Shown here piece by piece: positions 51,113 to 64,000 of a stretch of 64,000 bases of DNA. The first letter of the stretch is position 1; the number at the start of each line of letters is the position of its first letter. Source of the stretch: Leptogorgia sarmentosa (Eukaryota); the NCBI GenBank assembly GCA_964658305.1, contig OZ210885.1:6200001-6264000 (forward strand), written 5' to 3'. The position numbers and the translations under genes were made by a program. Under the pieces are notes generated by a model. That model had not been told where the DNA came from. It made no database searches and was given only the letters and a program-made list of their open reading frames with translations.

Positions 51113-52309
51113 CTATTTTTTAGTTTATATTAACGATTTCAATAACTCATCTGATTTACTCGACTTTCACCTTTTCGCTGATGATTCAAATCTATTTTAT
51201 GCTCACAAAAATCTAAGGTCTCTTGAAGAACATTTAAATCAACAACTAATAAACATTCACAACTGGTTATGTGTGAATAAGTTATCGTTAAATGTTGATA
51301 AATCGCATTTTGTTATTTTTCATCCAGTTCAAGAGGTAGTTGATTATGCTATTAATCTTAGCATTAATAACAAATATTTAGTTGAAAAAAAGAGTTATAA
51401 ATATCTAGGGGTTATCATTGATTCTAATCTCAATTGGAAAGAGCATATTAATGAACTTTGTAAAAAGATTTCCCGTGGGATTGGCATATTACTAAAGCTT
51501 CGAAATTTTGTTAAGATTGATATATTAATTAAAATTTATTACTCTATCATTTATCCATTTCTAATTTATGGAATAATAATCTGGGGCAATACTTATCAGA
51601 CTAATGTTAAACCTTTGACGGTATTACAAAAAAAAGCAATACGTATCATAACTTTCTCACCCTTCAGAACTCACACTTCTCCTCTTTTCAAAGAACTTAA
51701 CTTATTGAAATTTCCTGATATTGTTCAATTCTGTACAGTTCTATTTATGCATCAGTACCATTGCGACACTCTTCCAATTATTTTTACTGATTTTTTTAAA
51801 GAACATAAGCATAATCATTATAGGCGGTTGTCATCCAAATCTACCTTTGCTTTGCCAAAAGTACGAACAAATTATGGCATTTTTAATATTAGATATTGTG
51901 GTCCAAAAGCATGGAACTCTGTTGATGAATCCTTAAAATTATTAAGTAATAAAGCATTTAAAAGACAAGTTAAAATCTCTTTGATAAGTTTATATTAACT
52001 AGTTACCTAACTCAGATTACTACAATTTAAAAATAACTTTTGATATGAATCAAACTCAAACTTAGATAAAGATCTGAGCTATATTTATCTTTCGTGGATT
52101 TAATGCTATCTTTTTTCGTAATTCTGTGTTTTATTAATGTGTTACTTTAGCAGATCACCTGTCTCGATTAGCCCCTTATGGTTATAATAGGTGATCTTGC
52201 ACACTGTCTTTTGTAAAACTTTCTTTTCTATCTTTCTACTAATTGTATTTTTTCGTGATGTAATTTATGTGTGCAATAAATGATTATTATTATTATTATT
52301 CATTAAGTT

Positions 52310-53850
52310 GGCGGTGGTTTTCTACTGGTAAACCAGGGGGTGATAGACTATGCACACTGCAATACCAGAGAGCGGTCTGGGAAGGCAGGTAGGTTGAAGC
52401 CACAGCCGCAGACATTCTAAATTTTCATGTTCCAAGTCCAACCTACATTTGGCATAGGTGCCCTGTGGTAGATAAACACAAATTCCTCCTGCACAACGGC
52501 TAGAATCATCTTTACGAAAAATATTATATCCGTTTATTGAAACGAGTCCATCCTCAATGTCACTGTTCAACCACAATTCAGTGTCCGCCACTACACTGGG
52601 TTGGCGACAACTTAAAACAAGGTCAGTTCATCTATTTTTCGAAGCAGCAATCTGGCATTAATACAGCAGAAATTAGGTAAATGTGACTTTGAGGACTTTG
52701 TAATACAGGCACTCGACAATATTTTTCAGATTTAGTATGTTAGAGCCACAAGGACTATGGTGAATACTAATTACCGTGCCGTAATTCATGTAGGAATACC
52801 TCTTGCACAGTTGCTGTACAAAGTTCAAATGGCTCAGCCATTCGAGGGATTGGTGGCGATAGCCCGTTCAATAGGGTGGTGGTTTCACTCGATGACGCTT
52901 GGGAAAAGGAAGCTTGTTCGAGGTATTTCCATTAATATATTGGTTATTTTTGCAATTTGATTCATTTGTAGTGCCTTGTTTTGTAAGTCCCCATTAGTAT
53001 CGTGAGACGGCACACTTTCAAGGTCCCTATTATTTACAGGAGCAGGGATGAAAGGTTGGAAACTGACGCTTTGAGGTTTGCATTGATTTAATTCATTGTT
53101 GTTATGATGACCATTGTTTTGGTGACCATTTCTGTTGTTTTTGTTCATAAGAGTGTTTTTATTAATCTTACTATAGTTATTGTTCATCGGAACAGCAAAT
53201 TTAGATGCATTATTATTCTCTAGGGAAACAATGGTCAGATTCAACTTTTCAATTTCAAAGGATCGTTCTTTCACAAATTTAACTCAACCCAGATTCAAGC
53301 TTTTCAGATCTCGCCTTGTCAATTGAAAGTTCACTCCGAAGACAATCAATTTCTTTATCTTTATGAGAATATTTGGTATTGGCATTTGCAATTGAGTCGA
53401 CTCTGTCAGGTAGAGTAGTAATATCTAATTTAATTCCCTCAACATCAGCAGCTAGAAAGTCACACGAACAGCAACAGTTCGACAAATAGTTGGAATTGTC
53501 ACCTATAATGTCTAGACAAACCTGTGATGAGCCATCAACTTGGTTGGCAGGTATCGATATAGGTGTAGGCTCCAAAATATTTATTGGTGGTCAGATCTTT
53601 TACTATTTGACTAACACTAACCAATTGTTGTTTGGGTTTGACTGATGTTTCAGCCAATGCATGAGATAAACAGCTCTCGTCAATATCAGTTTGCTTAACA
53701 CATTTTGAGATCAAAACACTCAACAGCCATGTGTGAAAAGATTCGCCATCCCTTCCGTTAAATGTAAGCGAATTTAGTTTGCCAGGATACCAGGTCATAA
53801 TAAAATTTTTTATATTTTGGTAAAATCAACAAATCGTGACCGTCTGCCAT
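52310..53850 (-). mobile_element. Decayed 5' part of a LINE (ORF1-like coiled coil + APE start)
   Basis: FCCINARLL, TELWLNSDI..INGYNIFRKD..GGICVY and IVYHP, preceded by coiled-coil fragments. Confidence 0.75.
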
Positions 53851-53929
53851 TATAACGCTTTTTCTAATAACTCTAGAGTACAACTTATACCATATATATT
53901 TACTATTTAGTACACATTCAATACTTGTT

Positions 53930-54580
53930 GGCAGTGAGCAGTTGAAGAAGCTGTCAGCCAGCAAAAAAGTCTCTGACGTGCAGGTTCTTGCCATGAAAAC
54001 TGAATGTAAGGAGGCATTGTTAACAATTATTAAGCACCTGTTGCTCAAGTCACCTTGCAGTATAGGCTGGTGAGAGCACTCAACTGTCTGAGTCCTCAGA
54101 TGATTGTAAACAAGTCAGAGAAATGTGTGAATAAGTTCAAAATTGTACTTAAAGTCCTTGTAGATGCTAAGAAACTAAATGAGGGTGACGTTGACCAAAT
54201 AAAACATCAGTTTAGTTGCTTCCTTGATGAAGATGTGTCCCACTACACAGTAAAGCTGGGTTCTTTTGATCATAAGAAAGAAGATCAGCATATTGAGATG
54301 TTGTTTTATGAAATGTTGTCCTCCAAGCAGTGCCACAAGACGTTGTGGGCAGTTATCAAGCGTTTGTTGACTATTTCTCATGGTCAAGCCACAGTCGAGA
54401 GAGGTTTCTCAACCAACAAGCAAGTGTCTGGACAATTTACAGGAGTGCTCTTTTGTGGCCTTGAGGCAAATCAGTGATTATATCAAGACAGTGAATGGTT
54501 CCCTAAATGTCAAGATCACCAAGAGTATGATATCATCAGTTGCAACGGCAAGGCAGAAGTACAAGTACATCGAAGGGCCT
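53930..54580 (+). pseudogene. hAT-family transposase C-terminal fragment
   Basis: KSPLQYRLVRALNCLSP..LWAVIKRLLTISHGQATVERGFSTNK. Confidence 0.7.
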
Positions 54581-55379
54581 GTGAAGGAGCGATAACTTCC
54601 AGCGGCGAATCGGTACAACTTCCGGCCAACCCATCAAAGAGAGCATAACGGTGCAAAACAGAAGCCGATTTTTACCATGTATGTTTACCTGTTGATCTGA
54701 CCAAATTCATATTGGTATTGTAAAATTATTAACAAACCTTCCCACCAAGGAAGAACTCCAATTTAATTTCTTTCCCATTGACATCTATCTTGCCAGCATT
54801 TATTAACTCATTGATCTCTTGAAACAGTTCTCTTCCAGCTGTTTGAAGTAGATTATAGTCTTCTTTTCTATTTACAATGCCAAATGGATGAATACCTTCT
54901 GTTCATATATAATTTAAATAGATTTATGTCATTTTAATTTTAAAAATAATGCATTAAGTTGACATTCAATTTCTAGCGATTTATGTTTCAATAGATCTTA
55001 TCTTCAATATAATTAACATGTAATCGCATGGGGTCCTGGTAAAATTAATTATTTCAGTAAATAAACTTAACTGAAACCAGTACTTACCATCTCAAGAATA
55101 TATACTTGGCATATACCATCTTTCTGCCATATTTCGGTTTTCGTTCTATACATAACTGAAAAAATAATATGAAAATCAATTCAATTGTTGGAAAAATTAC
55201 GTTTAAAACGACGTACATCCTTTAGGATTACCATGCGCTTGAACAGTTGAACCACTTTGTTCAATCAATGTTTCATGTTTGCATCGATGTCAATGTCTGT
55301 TTCTCTTCTTGCCATCATATTATATAATTTGATACAACTTTAAACAGTTATGAAAATAAAATACAATAACAGTTATTAA

Positions 55380-55801
55380 AGTACTATGAAACGAAACTGT
55401 TTGTTGTGAAATATGAGAACTTTTAAAATTGTAGTACAAGTTCTTTTATTCTTTTTTATTACAGTGCCTTGTTGACGAGATATTTCAGTTTGAATCTTTT
55501 CTTTTGCCCGCTAATTACGTCACACATTGCATAATGAGTTGTTGTTTAATGCTAGTTATCTGTGTCCTCAATGAATAAAATTCTTGAAGTAATGGCATAA
55601 TATATAGATTAAGGACAAACAAAACCATATCTTTATAATGAACAACTTTAAAGTCTGATTTTTTATGACTCATGCAATGTGTGACATAATTAGCGGGCAA
55701 AAGAAAAGATTCAAACTGAAATATCTCGTCAACAAGGCACTGTAATAAAAAAGAAAAGTTCTCTCATATTTTGCAAAAAAAATTTTCGTTTCACAGGCAC
55801 T
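55380..55801. mobile_element. Kolobok-type palindromic MITE
   Basis: TTAA|AGTACTATGAAACGAAA..TTTCGTTTCACAGGCACT|TTAA, with near-perfect internal arms 55450-55540 vs 55668-55756. Confidence 0.8.
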
Positions 55802-55953
55802 TTAAAAGCATATTGAGTCATGATCTAACGAGAATTGCTTACCTGTGTATGGATTTATTCGAGATTCAAAATATTCAGAATACTGGCATGTCATCCTCGA
55901 ACACATTTAATATGTGCAGGTAACATTGACAATCTGAAAATATTTCTTGCAGT

Positions 55954-56859
55954 TCATTTCTCTGTCAATCCTCTAACACATCTAAACTGATGCACAGGTA
56001 ACTTCGACAATACTTTACTGATGCTCCACCGAAACAACACAAGTTTCGAACACTGTTTAAGTATTGCTTTGTCATGCATTTTTCCATTTCTTGTCTTTGT
56101 CAGATGGTGCAAACAAATGGTAACGTAGCACTGACAGCGACATTTAATCAGACTGAAGATATGATTGTTCTCTACAGTCGAATCAAACATGTTTTGGTAT
56201 AATGTACTAAAGACCCCACTCTCGACACATACTTGTAACACCGTGTTGGCAATTGCACTTGAAAGTCCGGCACCGTGTGGTAGGCCACCTTCATTCACAT
56301 TGAGCAATTCTCATAACACACTTTTCTGTTTCCTTGCAGATTTTCAGAACTCCATCCGATGGCAATTCTAGACCCCTGTTCGATTTCCAAGTCACAAATA
56401 AGTCAGGTCAAGGCCATTGTACACTGAGCAATGGATCTTTTTCTCCACCATCCTCACCACATACCCTGCAATATAGGATATTGCTGCTACCTTGTACTTG
56501 GATAGCTCTATTGCATTAGAAACATCACAGTAATCGTGATGAGTTGCAACTGGTTGCCTCAACTCCAAGTCGTATCTTCTAGCGATAGCAACATCTGAAA
56601 TCCCAGTTGGTTGGGAGTCAATCTCACACTGGTCTCTCACGCTGTTTAGTATTTCAGTATCATCTTGAGGAGTGCAGTTGCCACATCCTCCTTCGATGTT
56701 ATGCCTCATCAACAGTTGCTTGGAAGCCCCTATAAACTGTTGTGTTGTTGGATTATTGCACCCTCTGGACGCTCGCACCACCCCAAAGAAAAGCTCCAAG
56801 TGATCTTGGCTCATCTTATATGTCAGCAGATACTTAAGGATACGATTCTCGCCGTTCAC
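55954..56859 (-). pseudogene. P-element (THAP9-like) transposase C-terminal fragment
   Basis: KYLLTYKMSQDHLELFFGVVRA..CNNPTTQQF, AISYIAGYVVR, and CYVTICLHH in a shifted frame. Confidence 0.85.
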
Positions 56860-57158
56860 AAGCTGAGGCTCTTACTCAGTTGTCTAGCAGCTTGGCTACT
56901 ATGGGCGAGGCACAAAAGGAGCGAATGGAGATGTGGTTAATGGCTGAGCAGAAAAAAGATGAGGCATTCTTGAAACATCAGGAAAGACAAGCTGAGCTTT
57001 CTCGACAGCATGAGCTGCGTATGCTACAATTTATGGCCAGTCTACAAAATAGAGGGAATTATCAACCTTCAAATCTGGTTCCAATCATGCACAGCAATCT
57101 ACCTATAGGTATGCACACCCAACATCCAATGCAAGATATACAACATCCAAATAGTGAT

Positions 57159-57885
57159 CCCAGGTTGACAATCTTGGCAAGATTCTTGGCAAGATCTTAT
57201 CAAGATCTTATCAAGATCTTACCATGATCATGTCTAAATCCTGCAAGAACCTCCAAGACCTTTGCAAGATCCTGCAAGAAATTGCCATGATCCTGCAAGA
57301 AATTGCCATGTTCTTTTCATGTTCTTTTCATGTTCTTTCCAAGTTCTTTTCAAGATCTTGTCATGATCTTACCAAGATCATGTAATGATCTTGCCATGTT
57401 CTTGACATGTTCTTGCCCTGATCATGGCAAGAACATGTCATTTTCTTACCATGATTTTACCATGATCATGTCAAAATCTTGTAAGATCCTGCAAGAAATT
57501 CCCATGATCTTGCACGAACTTGCCATGTTCTTGTCATGATCTTGTCATGATCTTGGCATGTTGTTGCAATGCTCATGCCAGGATCTTGTCTTGATCTTGC
57601 TATTTTGGTGTCATGATCTTGCCATGTTGTTCCCATGATATGCCATGTTCTTTTCATGATCTTGGCATGTTATTGCCATCACATGCGATAATCTTGCCAT
57701 GTTGTTCTCATGCCATGGCATGATCTTCTCATGGTCTTGCCATGTTTTGGTAATGTTCTTGCTATGGTTTAGCACGACCTTGCTAAGATACATAAGCATG
57801 CATACAAAAAGATATATCTTGCAAGTTATTTGCACAATCTTTTCAAAATCTTGCTAAACATTTCCTGAGCATGTTGCATGTTGAC
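57159..57885. repeat. Subterminal array of CATGATCTTG(C)-type motifs starting CCCAG; probable EnSpm/CACTA-like terminus
   Basis: Dozens of degenerate CATG/ATCTTG/CAAGA units in both orientations after CCCAGGTTGACA. The matching opposite end was not found. Confidence 0.55.
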
Positions 57886-58322
57886 ATGTACAGTTAAATG
57901 TGTTCAAGAATTTAGTCTAAACTGGATTTAGAATATACATATAATTACATAACAGATCAATTATACATAATTACATAGATAACAGATCAATTGCAAAAGA
58001 AACTAAGAAATTACCTTAATGTGCATTTAGCAAATAGATTTCATACACAATGTGAAAGAAATTTCAAAACTCTAGCTACCACAACTTACACAAGTTCTTT
58101 TAAACCAATAATTCCAGTTTGAAACAACCGTAGAATATCTTTTCAACAAAGCTCTATACTAAGGCCACAAAAGTACAAAAATACTTCTGTTATAGTTTTT
58201 AAAAGTTCTTTCACATAATGGGGTAAACAATTCATCTCATAACGCTTCAATTTTATAATAAATGGAACCTAATTATCGAAAATCATCAAAGTCATGCAAT
58301 CAACGTTTAATTAAAAAAATTA

Positions 58323-60048
58323 TTGTTTATCTGTCGAGTCTTGCAGTGCGCTTTTGCTCTTTCTTTTTATGTCCCTGCACTTCTGATTGCATGCATCGAC
58401 AATTGACTGATGGTGCTTTTTAACTTTGTTTTCACCATACTGGGCATAGAGCACATCTAGAATAAAGAATAATTACGTTTTTAACACCGAATAACAATTC
58501 TCACAATTCAGTTGCATTAACCTTTGTATTGCTCTATGAAAAATTGCTTTCACTGTTCCTAGTAATTTTTTTATAGTTGGAACGTTATAATCCTGATTTA
58601 GACATTGTGACGTACGTAGCTATCAGAGATATTTAGTGATCGATAGTTTCCACAATTGGTTTGTCGTAAATACATATTTAAAAATGTGCATTTTTCTATT
58701 TCTCTTACCAAACAATTTGGTAACTCTCTCTGGATCCAGCGCTGGGTTTGGTGACCGCTTAGTTTCAAATAAGATCCCTTCCATTAGTTCCTCGTCGGAA
58801 AATAGTTGGCTGATCAATTTTATGGCACATTTTCCAGGCTCTTTAACGGGTGCACTTACATTCATCAAGTTCACACTATTGTGCCACTATGAAGGAAAAA
58901 TGTTACGTTATTAAAAACACGCTTAATTACAGTTTTTCTTAATTACAGTATGCTCTCTAACAAATTAAAAATGAAATGTTTTTATAATTCCATTTGTCTG
59001 ATTTGTATACTTACTATAGCTGTTGATTCATTCTCACGTCTAACTCGGTTTACAGCACTTGATCCAGGAGATTCTTGATTTATGGCTTGCTGCTGAATAA
59101 AACATGATAAATTAAAACTTAATCAAGTCAGTGATAATTGTACACAAATGCGTAGTTTAAATAGATAAATGGTATAGACAGGTCAATAGCTACAGGAGTT
59201 AGCGAGTTGCCATAACTTGGAATATACAATAAAACTGCAGCTGTAGATGGAGTTAAAAAATACGTGAAATGCGGACAAACAGTTTATCGGTATTGCTCAA
59301 CTATAAACCGTTGAACCGTCTGAATTAAACTGACAAAACCTGGGAATTTTTTTCAAATTTTTACGTCAATTGACCGACCAGATTGCCAAATTACTACATA
59401 CAAGATTGCTGATAGTCATAACTGATGGGCAAACTAACGTAACGCCTCGTACAAAACGCAAAATTATGTGTACGCGTAACCCAAAACGACTGCACTTGTA
59501 AAACATTTACAAACTTTACGGAAAATATAGTTTGCTTAATTGCCATGACGTGACAAAACATGCATGTTTTGAAAACCAATTTTAATGCCGAACAGTCCTA
59601 TAATGTCCATGAAGCACTTTCATTAAAGGTGGCATGATGTAACTAGACTATATATTGTTGATACCTGTAGACTGCACCGAATTATCTGAATCTGAATAGC
59701 TGCTAATAGTCAAATACCGTATACTCACATGTGGTGTCTTTTCTGACGAGTTGTCACGCAATTTTCGCCACTCTTGGACAGTCTTTTCTCTAACGTACTC
59801 AGACTACTCTACGTACCCTTTTTAAAATTTCTCATCATAATCGCTTCTTTCTTTTTTTCTTCCGTTATACCCATCCCCTCAAAATCCATTGTTGGAAGAG
59901 CTGGCAATAACTCTTTTTTACTCTTTTTTGGTGGGACTTGGACCGCACATTCGTCCGAACTGGAGCTTTCTCTTCTTTTCCTTGTCTCGTGATCTGCTTT
60001 TCCTCCCTTGTTTGTATTTCCGTTTGTATCTATATATGGACAGATCAT
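58323..60048 (-). pseudogene. Multi-exon BEN-domain-like gene, probably transposon-borne
   Basis: Exon-like pieces: PGKCAIKLISQLFSDEELMEG..PALDPERVTKLF (58710-58880) and VLYAQYG..IVDACNQKCRD (58323-58458). The upstream exon has an in-frame stop at 59809. Confidence 0.6.
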
Positions 60049-61318
60049 GCATGGGTCCCATTCAGTTCAAATTCATTGTAACGGTGAACCGAACAACATC
60101 CGTATTTCAAATATAGTACAGTGGTTATAGCATGCATGTTGGTGGTTATAGACTAGGACCCGTAGCCTCTAAAAAAACTTCTAGCGGCAAACTGGAGGAA
60201 AAGTTGGTAAACAAACTATTCCCCATAATCTTTGGGTGCTGATTACGAATATCTTGTTTACCATGCGTCAATTTGCGTTTTAAGCCCGTTAATTAGCTAA
60301 TTAACATTAAATCGAGGCTATTTAATGATCCTTCTATTTTTGTTGGTCATTGTTAAACAAATCGAACAAACTAATTGCCAGCACTTTCTAAACAGATATT
60401 TTAGTATAACTGCTATATTATTTATCATAGTTAATTAATTAATTAACCAATTAATTAGTTAATTGATTAACATATTTTATGGAACGAGTCTAAATTCTGA
60501 CATTTTGTTCAAAACCAACAATACACCAACAAGTGTTTTTTCTATAAACAAACTAATATTTTTTCTAGTTCTTGCAGTAACTGATAAGTTTAAAATTACT
60601 CTCTTCTTTCCTCTTGAGTTTCATCAGCATCCTTAACGGAACACGCCTTCATCGGGCTTGTTCACCAGTCTCCTCAACTGCAAGATCACTGAAAAAAAAC
60701 CCGGTTCCATCCAGCTTTAATTTTAGTTAGGCCTTTCTGCATTCGGTGAAGCCTATTTGACTGAAACTACATGTCCAGTTTAAACGGTATAACAAATGAA
60801 ACACTGATACTTTTTTTTGAGATACACAGTATATATCCTCAGTACTTGTTGTAACTGCGTATCAACTTTTATGATTTTATCACGAAATGCATAATTCATG
60901 CACAGATTTGCAGCACATTGTTATCGCCCCTTATGCCGAAGAATAGGTGGTGGATATATTGCACGAAAGGTATAGGTAGCGCTATCCACCCGATAATGAT
61001 TTTATCAACGGTCGTAAGCTATAAAACGGCTGATATTGAAATCCTAACTAATAAAACGGAACTTTAAAAACTTCGAAACTTTCGAAGCCATAAAATGATT
61101 AAATAATTAATTTACTTTACGAAGCACTCAAGCACAATGGTGTAATGATAATAAAACTATGTAAAGACAAAATCAGAAGCAATTTACCTTCCGTTTGTGT
61201 ATCCTATGAGATACAACTCTGTCAACTTCGTAATATTGTGCAGCCATGCTGAACCAACATGGCAGGAAAAAATTGAGCCTGGGCGTCCAGCCGCTGACTG
61301 TCCTTGATTTCTGGCCAT

Positions 61319-62205
61319 GTTTGCATTGACATGTTTATGTGACCGTTAACTTACGTGTTCATACTGATCACGACGACTGTGTGAATTAGAACCACACAGC
61401 TAAAGAATTACCACCAATTAATTATCATTAATTAGATGAGTAATTCTTTAGCTCAGTGATTAGAATAACTCAATGAAGATCTGGGCTTATACAGATCGAA
61501 AGCTTTACGATAATATAGGCCTAATTACGTGGTGTAAACTACAAGCATTATAAATATAAATTTCTGCGTTCTGAACCTAAATATGAATTTCTGTGTTTAT
61601 CCCTGCTTTTAATGCATTACATAGGAAACAGCCCTTAGCAAATCAAAAGACATCAAAACAGACAGTAATTCAGCAACTAACTGGATTACAAGCTATGTAT
61701 TACCAAGTATATGGCTTGAATTGTATCTTAATGAAATGATTTTTCTTATGGAGCTTCAATAGTAATTTGATGTAGGGTAATAATAAATTGATGTAGTTGC
61801 TTGATGAAAAATGTTTGCACAGTTCAACGCCGGATTTGTTGATATGCTTGGGGATTAAACGTGACTAAATTTTGGCTATAAAGAATGCATTTCCATCCAA
61901 TGAAAAGGTGCAGAATAAAACAGATTTTTATTCATAGAAAATACTTAAAACAATACATATATGTTATTGACTGAGTACGAGGTCCGTACTACTGTGTTCA
62001 TTCTTTCAATGTTTGCATGGTGAAGATAATATCATTATGTTTGCATTGACATGTTAATGTGACCGTTTAATTATTAACTTACGTGTTCATACTGATCATG
62101 ACGACTGTGTGAATTAGAACCACACAGCTAAAGAATTACCACCAATTAATTATCATTAATTAGATGAGTAATTCTTTAGCTCAGTGATTAGAATAACTCA
62201 ATGAA
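61319..62205. repeat. ~160-bp direct repeat pair (61319-61477, 62039-62205) containing stem-loops
   Basis: TTTGCATTGACATG..ACTTACGTGTTCATACTGATCA..GCTAAAGAATTAC..GTAATTCTTTAGC..CTCAATGAA occurs twice. Confidence 0.9.
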
Positions 62206-63527
62206 TAATTTTTCAAAAGCATTCAAAAAACGCACCTATGTTAGGCCTATGTTAAGGTGTATACAGTATATGTACGATATTTACCTTAAAGGTGCCCTCC
62301 ACTCATAATGTAAACAAATGCTTTGTTGACATTTTGAACAGCTATATTTGTAAAATATGATAATACTAACCGCATATCTAACGCTGTTATGGTTTGCTAT
62401 GGTCATAAATGGATATAAACCAGAGTTTTGATTCAAAAAAAGTTCGGAACATTACAAAATTTTTGCAATGTTATATCTGCGGGTCCCGATTTGTTATGAG
62501 CAGAACCGATGTGCAGAACGGAGTGGACATCACCTTTAATAATCTCTGTACACTTGTTTAGAATTCCTTTTTCCGCTGCAGGTTATCTGATTCGTGTTAA
62601 AAAGAAAATAGCCAAATTGGAGAATGAGTGCACTTGGTATGAAGAGGAGATTGGTATTTTAGAGACAGAAATGAAAAACTTCATTAAATACTACAGGAAC
62701 AATGTTATTCGGCATATCAAGGCAGAAGAAGCCAACTTGTTACCTCAGCTAAATAATGGTGAGTAATATCCATCAATGTTTTAAAAGTTCCAAAGATGCT
62801 GATCGTTCTTCAGGATTCGTATCTAAACATCTTAATATCAAGTCCCTAAATATCCATCAATGACATATGGGTTTCTTTGAAGTATCATCCAACTTCGTGT
62901 CATAATTGTTTATTTATCAACTACATATTAATGATTGTAGACACATTATGGTAGTACATTAAACTGTTTTCATAAATTTTAGAATTTTCTCAAACATAGT
63001 CGCTTGTATGAATTCAGTTTGAGTAAAAGCGTTGTTACGAAGCTTTCTCTAAATATTTATTTGTTTTATTATTATTTAAAAAGCAACAAAATATCGAAAA
63101 AGGTAAATTTTGTCCCTTGGGAAATTGTATTTAAAATTCGGGAAATTGAGCAACAAAGAATTTCGAACGAATTTAAGCTTTCTGCTTGTAAACATGCCTC
63201 GTTTAACCATTCAACAACGAGTTTGGGTTTGCTTACAATATGCTACCGAAAATAATGCTGAAGAAGTTATACGACGTTGGCCAATTTAATGGGGTAACGT
63301 TCCTTGTCCAAGTAAACCTAGGGTGATAAAAACTTTTAGCTAATTTTGGGACATTTTAAAAATGCAGTTGCAAATTGAAATGCTAATATCTTGAGTAATA
63401 CTTTACGAAAATACATGTATTATACATGAAAATTTAAGTTAGGCTTTTATGCAACTTTAACATTATTTCTGTTAAATAGCCTGTGTGAATGGTGGTTTGC
63501 GAAATAATCGAAATAATGGTGGTTTGC

Positions 63528-64000
63528 AAAATAATCTGGTTCAACCCGCCATATAGTATGAATGTCAGAACAAACATAGCGCGAAAATTCCTTCAACTAC
63601 TAGACAAACACTTTCCCGCAAACCACCATTCACACAGGCTATTTAACAGAAATAACGTTAATGTCAGCTATAGCTGTATGCCGAACACCTCAAGACTCAT
63701 CAAATCTCACAACAGAAAGATCCTCCAAGACCAACCTACCGCTACCACCACTACAGAATGCAACTGCAGAAACAGAGAGACGTGCCCCCTGAAAGGTGAA
63801 TGCCTAACAGAGAACGTAGTATACGTGGCAAAAGTCAACAACAGTAAAAACAACGAGGAGAAAATCTACATTGGCCTCACTGAAAGAACGTTCAAGGACA
63901 GATTTTACAAACACAGAAACTCACTACGTCACCACACAAAAGCCAACGCGACAGAGCTCTCAAAATACGTTTGGGATCTAAACAGAAACATAGAGAAAAT
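63528..64000 (+). mobile_element. Penelope-like element, RT thumb/linker + GIY-YIG endonuclease (runs off the window)
   Basis: Open frame IIWFNPPYS..TNIARKFL..KHFP..SYSCMPN..CNCRNRETCPLKGEC..VVY..KIYIGLTERTFKDRF..H..TELSKYVW. Confidence 0.92.

Larger units (their letters stand above)
40490..52300 (+). mobile_element. Near full-length CR1/L2-group (Crack-like) LINE interrupted by two insertions
   Basis: ORF1 40602-41363 (coiled coil, EQYSRRDCLEISGLP, one in-frame TGA at 40812). ORF2: APE 41416-42769 (NVRSL, ISETK, MGDFN, LIDNI, ISDH); RT 49679-50417 (NYRPISLL, DLSKAFD) and 51113-51998 (YIND, FADD). AATAAA + (ATT)n tail. Confidence 0.93.

Noticed and set aside
62509..62766. Exon-like coiled-coil ORF (WYEEEIGILETEMKNF), reminiscent of KDZ transposase C-termini
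   Set aside because: Too short, and no catalytic motifs nearby, so it cannot be assigned.

Overview
Eukaryotic, AT-rich, intron-containing DNA made almost entirely of nested transposable elements. The repeat repertoire suggests a marine invertebrate, probably a cnidarian (inference). No ordinary host gene, rRNA, true tRNA or CRISPR array is visible. The main structures are: (1) a Sola3-type DNA transposon (4903-14181, TTAA target, ~680-bp TIRs) containing a Gypsy element that itself carries a LINE and a SINE; (2) a decayed Harbinger gene interrupted by a 1.7-kb LTR element; (3) a decayed Kolobok transposase convergent with a KolX/P2X7-ballast-like gene; (4) a 15.4-kb IS3EU-type transposon (24268-39720, TACGG..CCGTA, 6-bp TSD AGAAAA, minisatellite-containing TIRs); (5) a near full-length CR1/L2-group LINE split by a hAT element with a 5-bp TSD whose transposase has an N-terminal OTU/vertnin-like cysteine-protease domain; (6) fragments of DIRS, P, hAT, CACTA-like/BEN and Penelope elements. 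The IS3EU-type element is the highlight: it encodes an intact spliced DDE transposase and, convergently, an intact five-exon 702-aa zinc-ribbon/UBZ/HECT E3 ubiquitin ligase. All family assignments come from motif recognition by eye; no database search was run.
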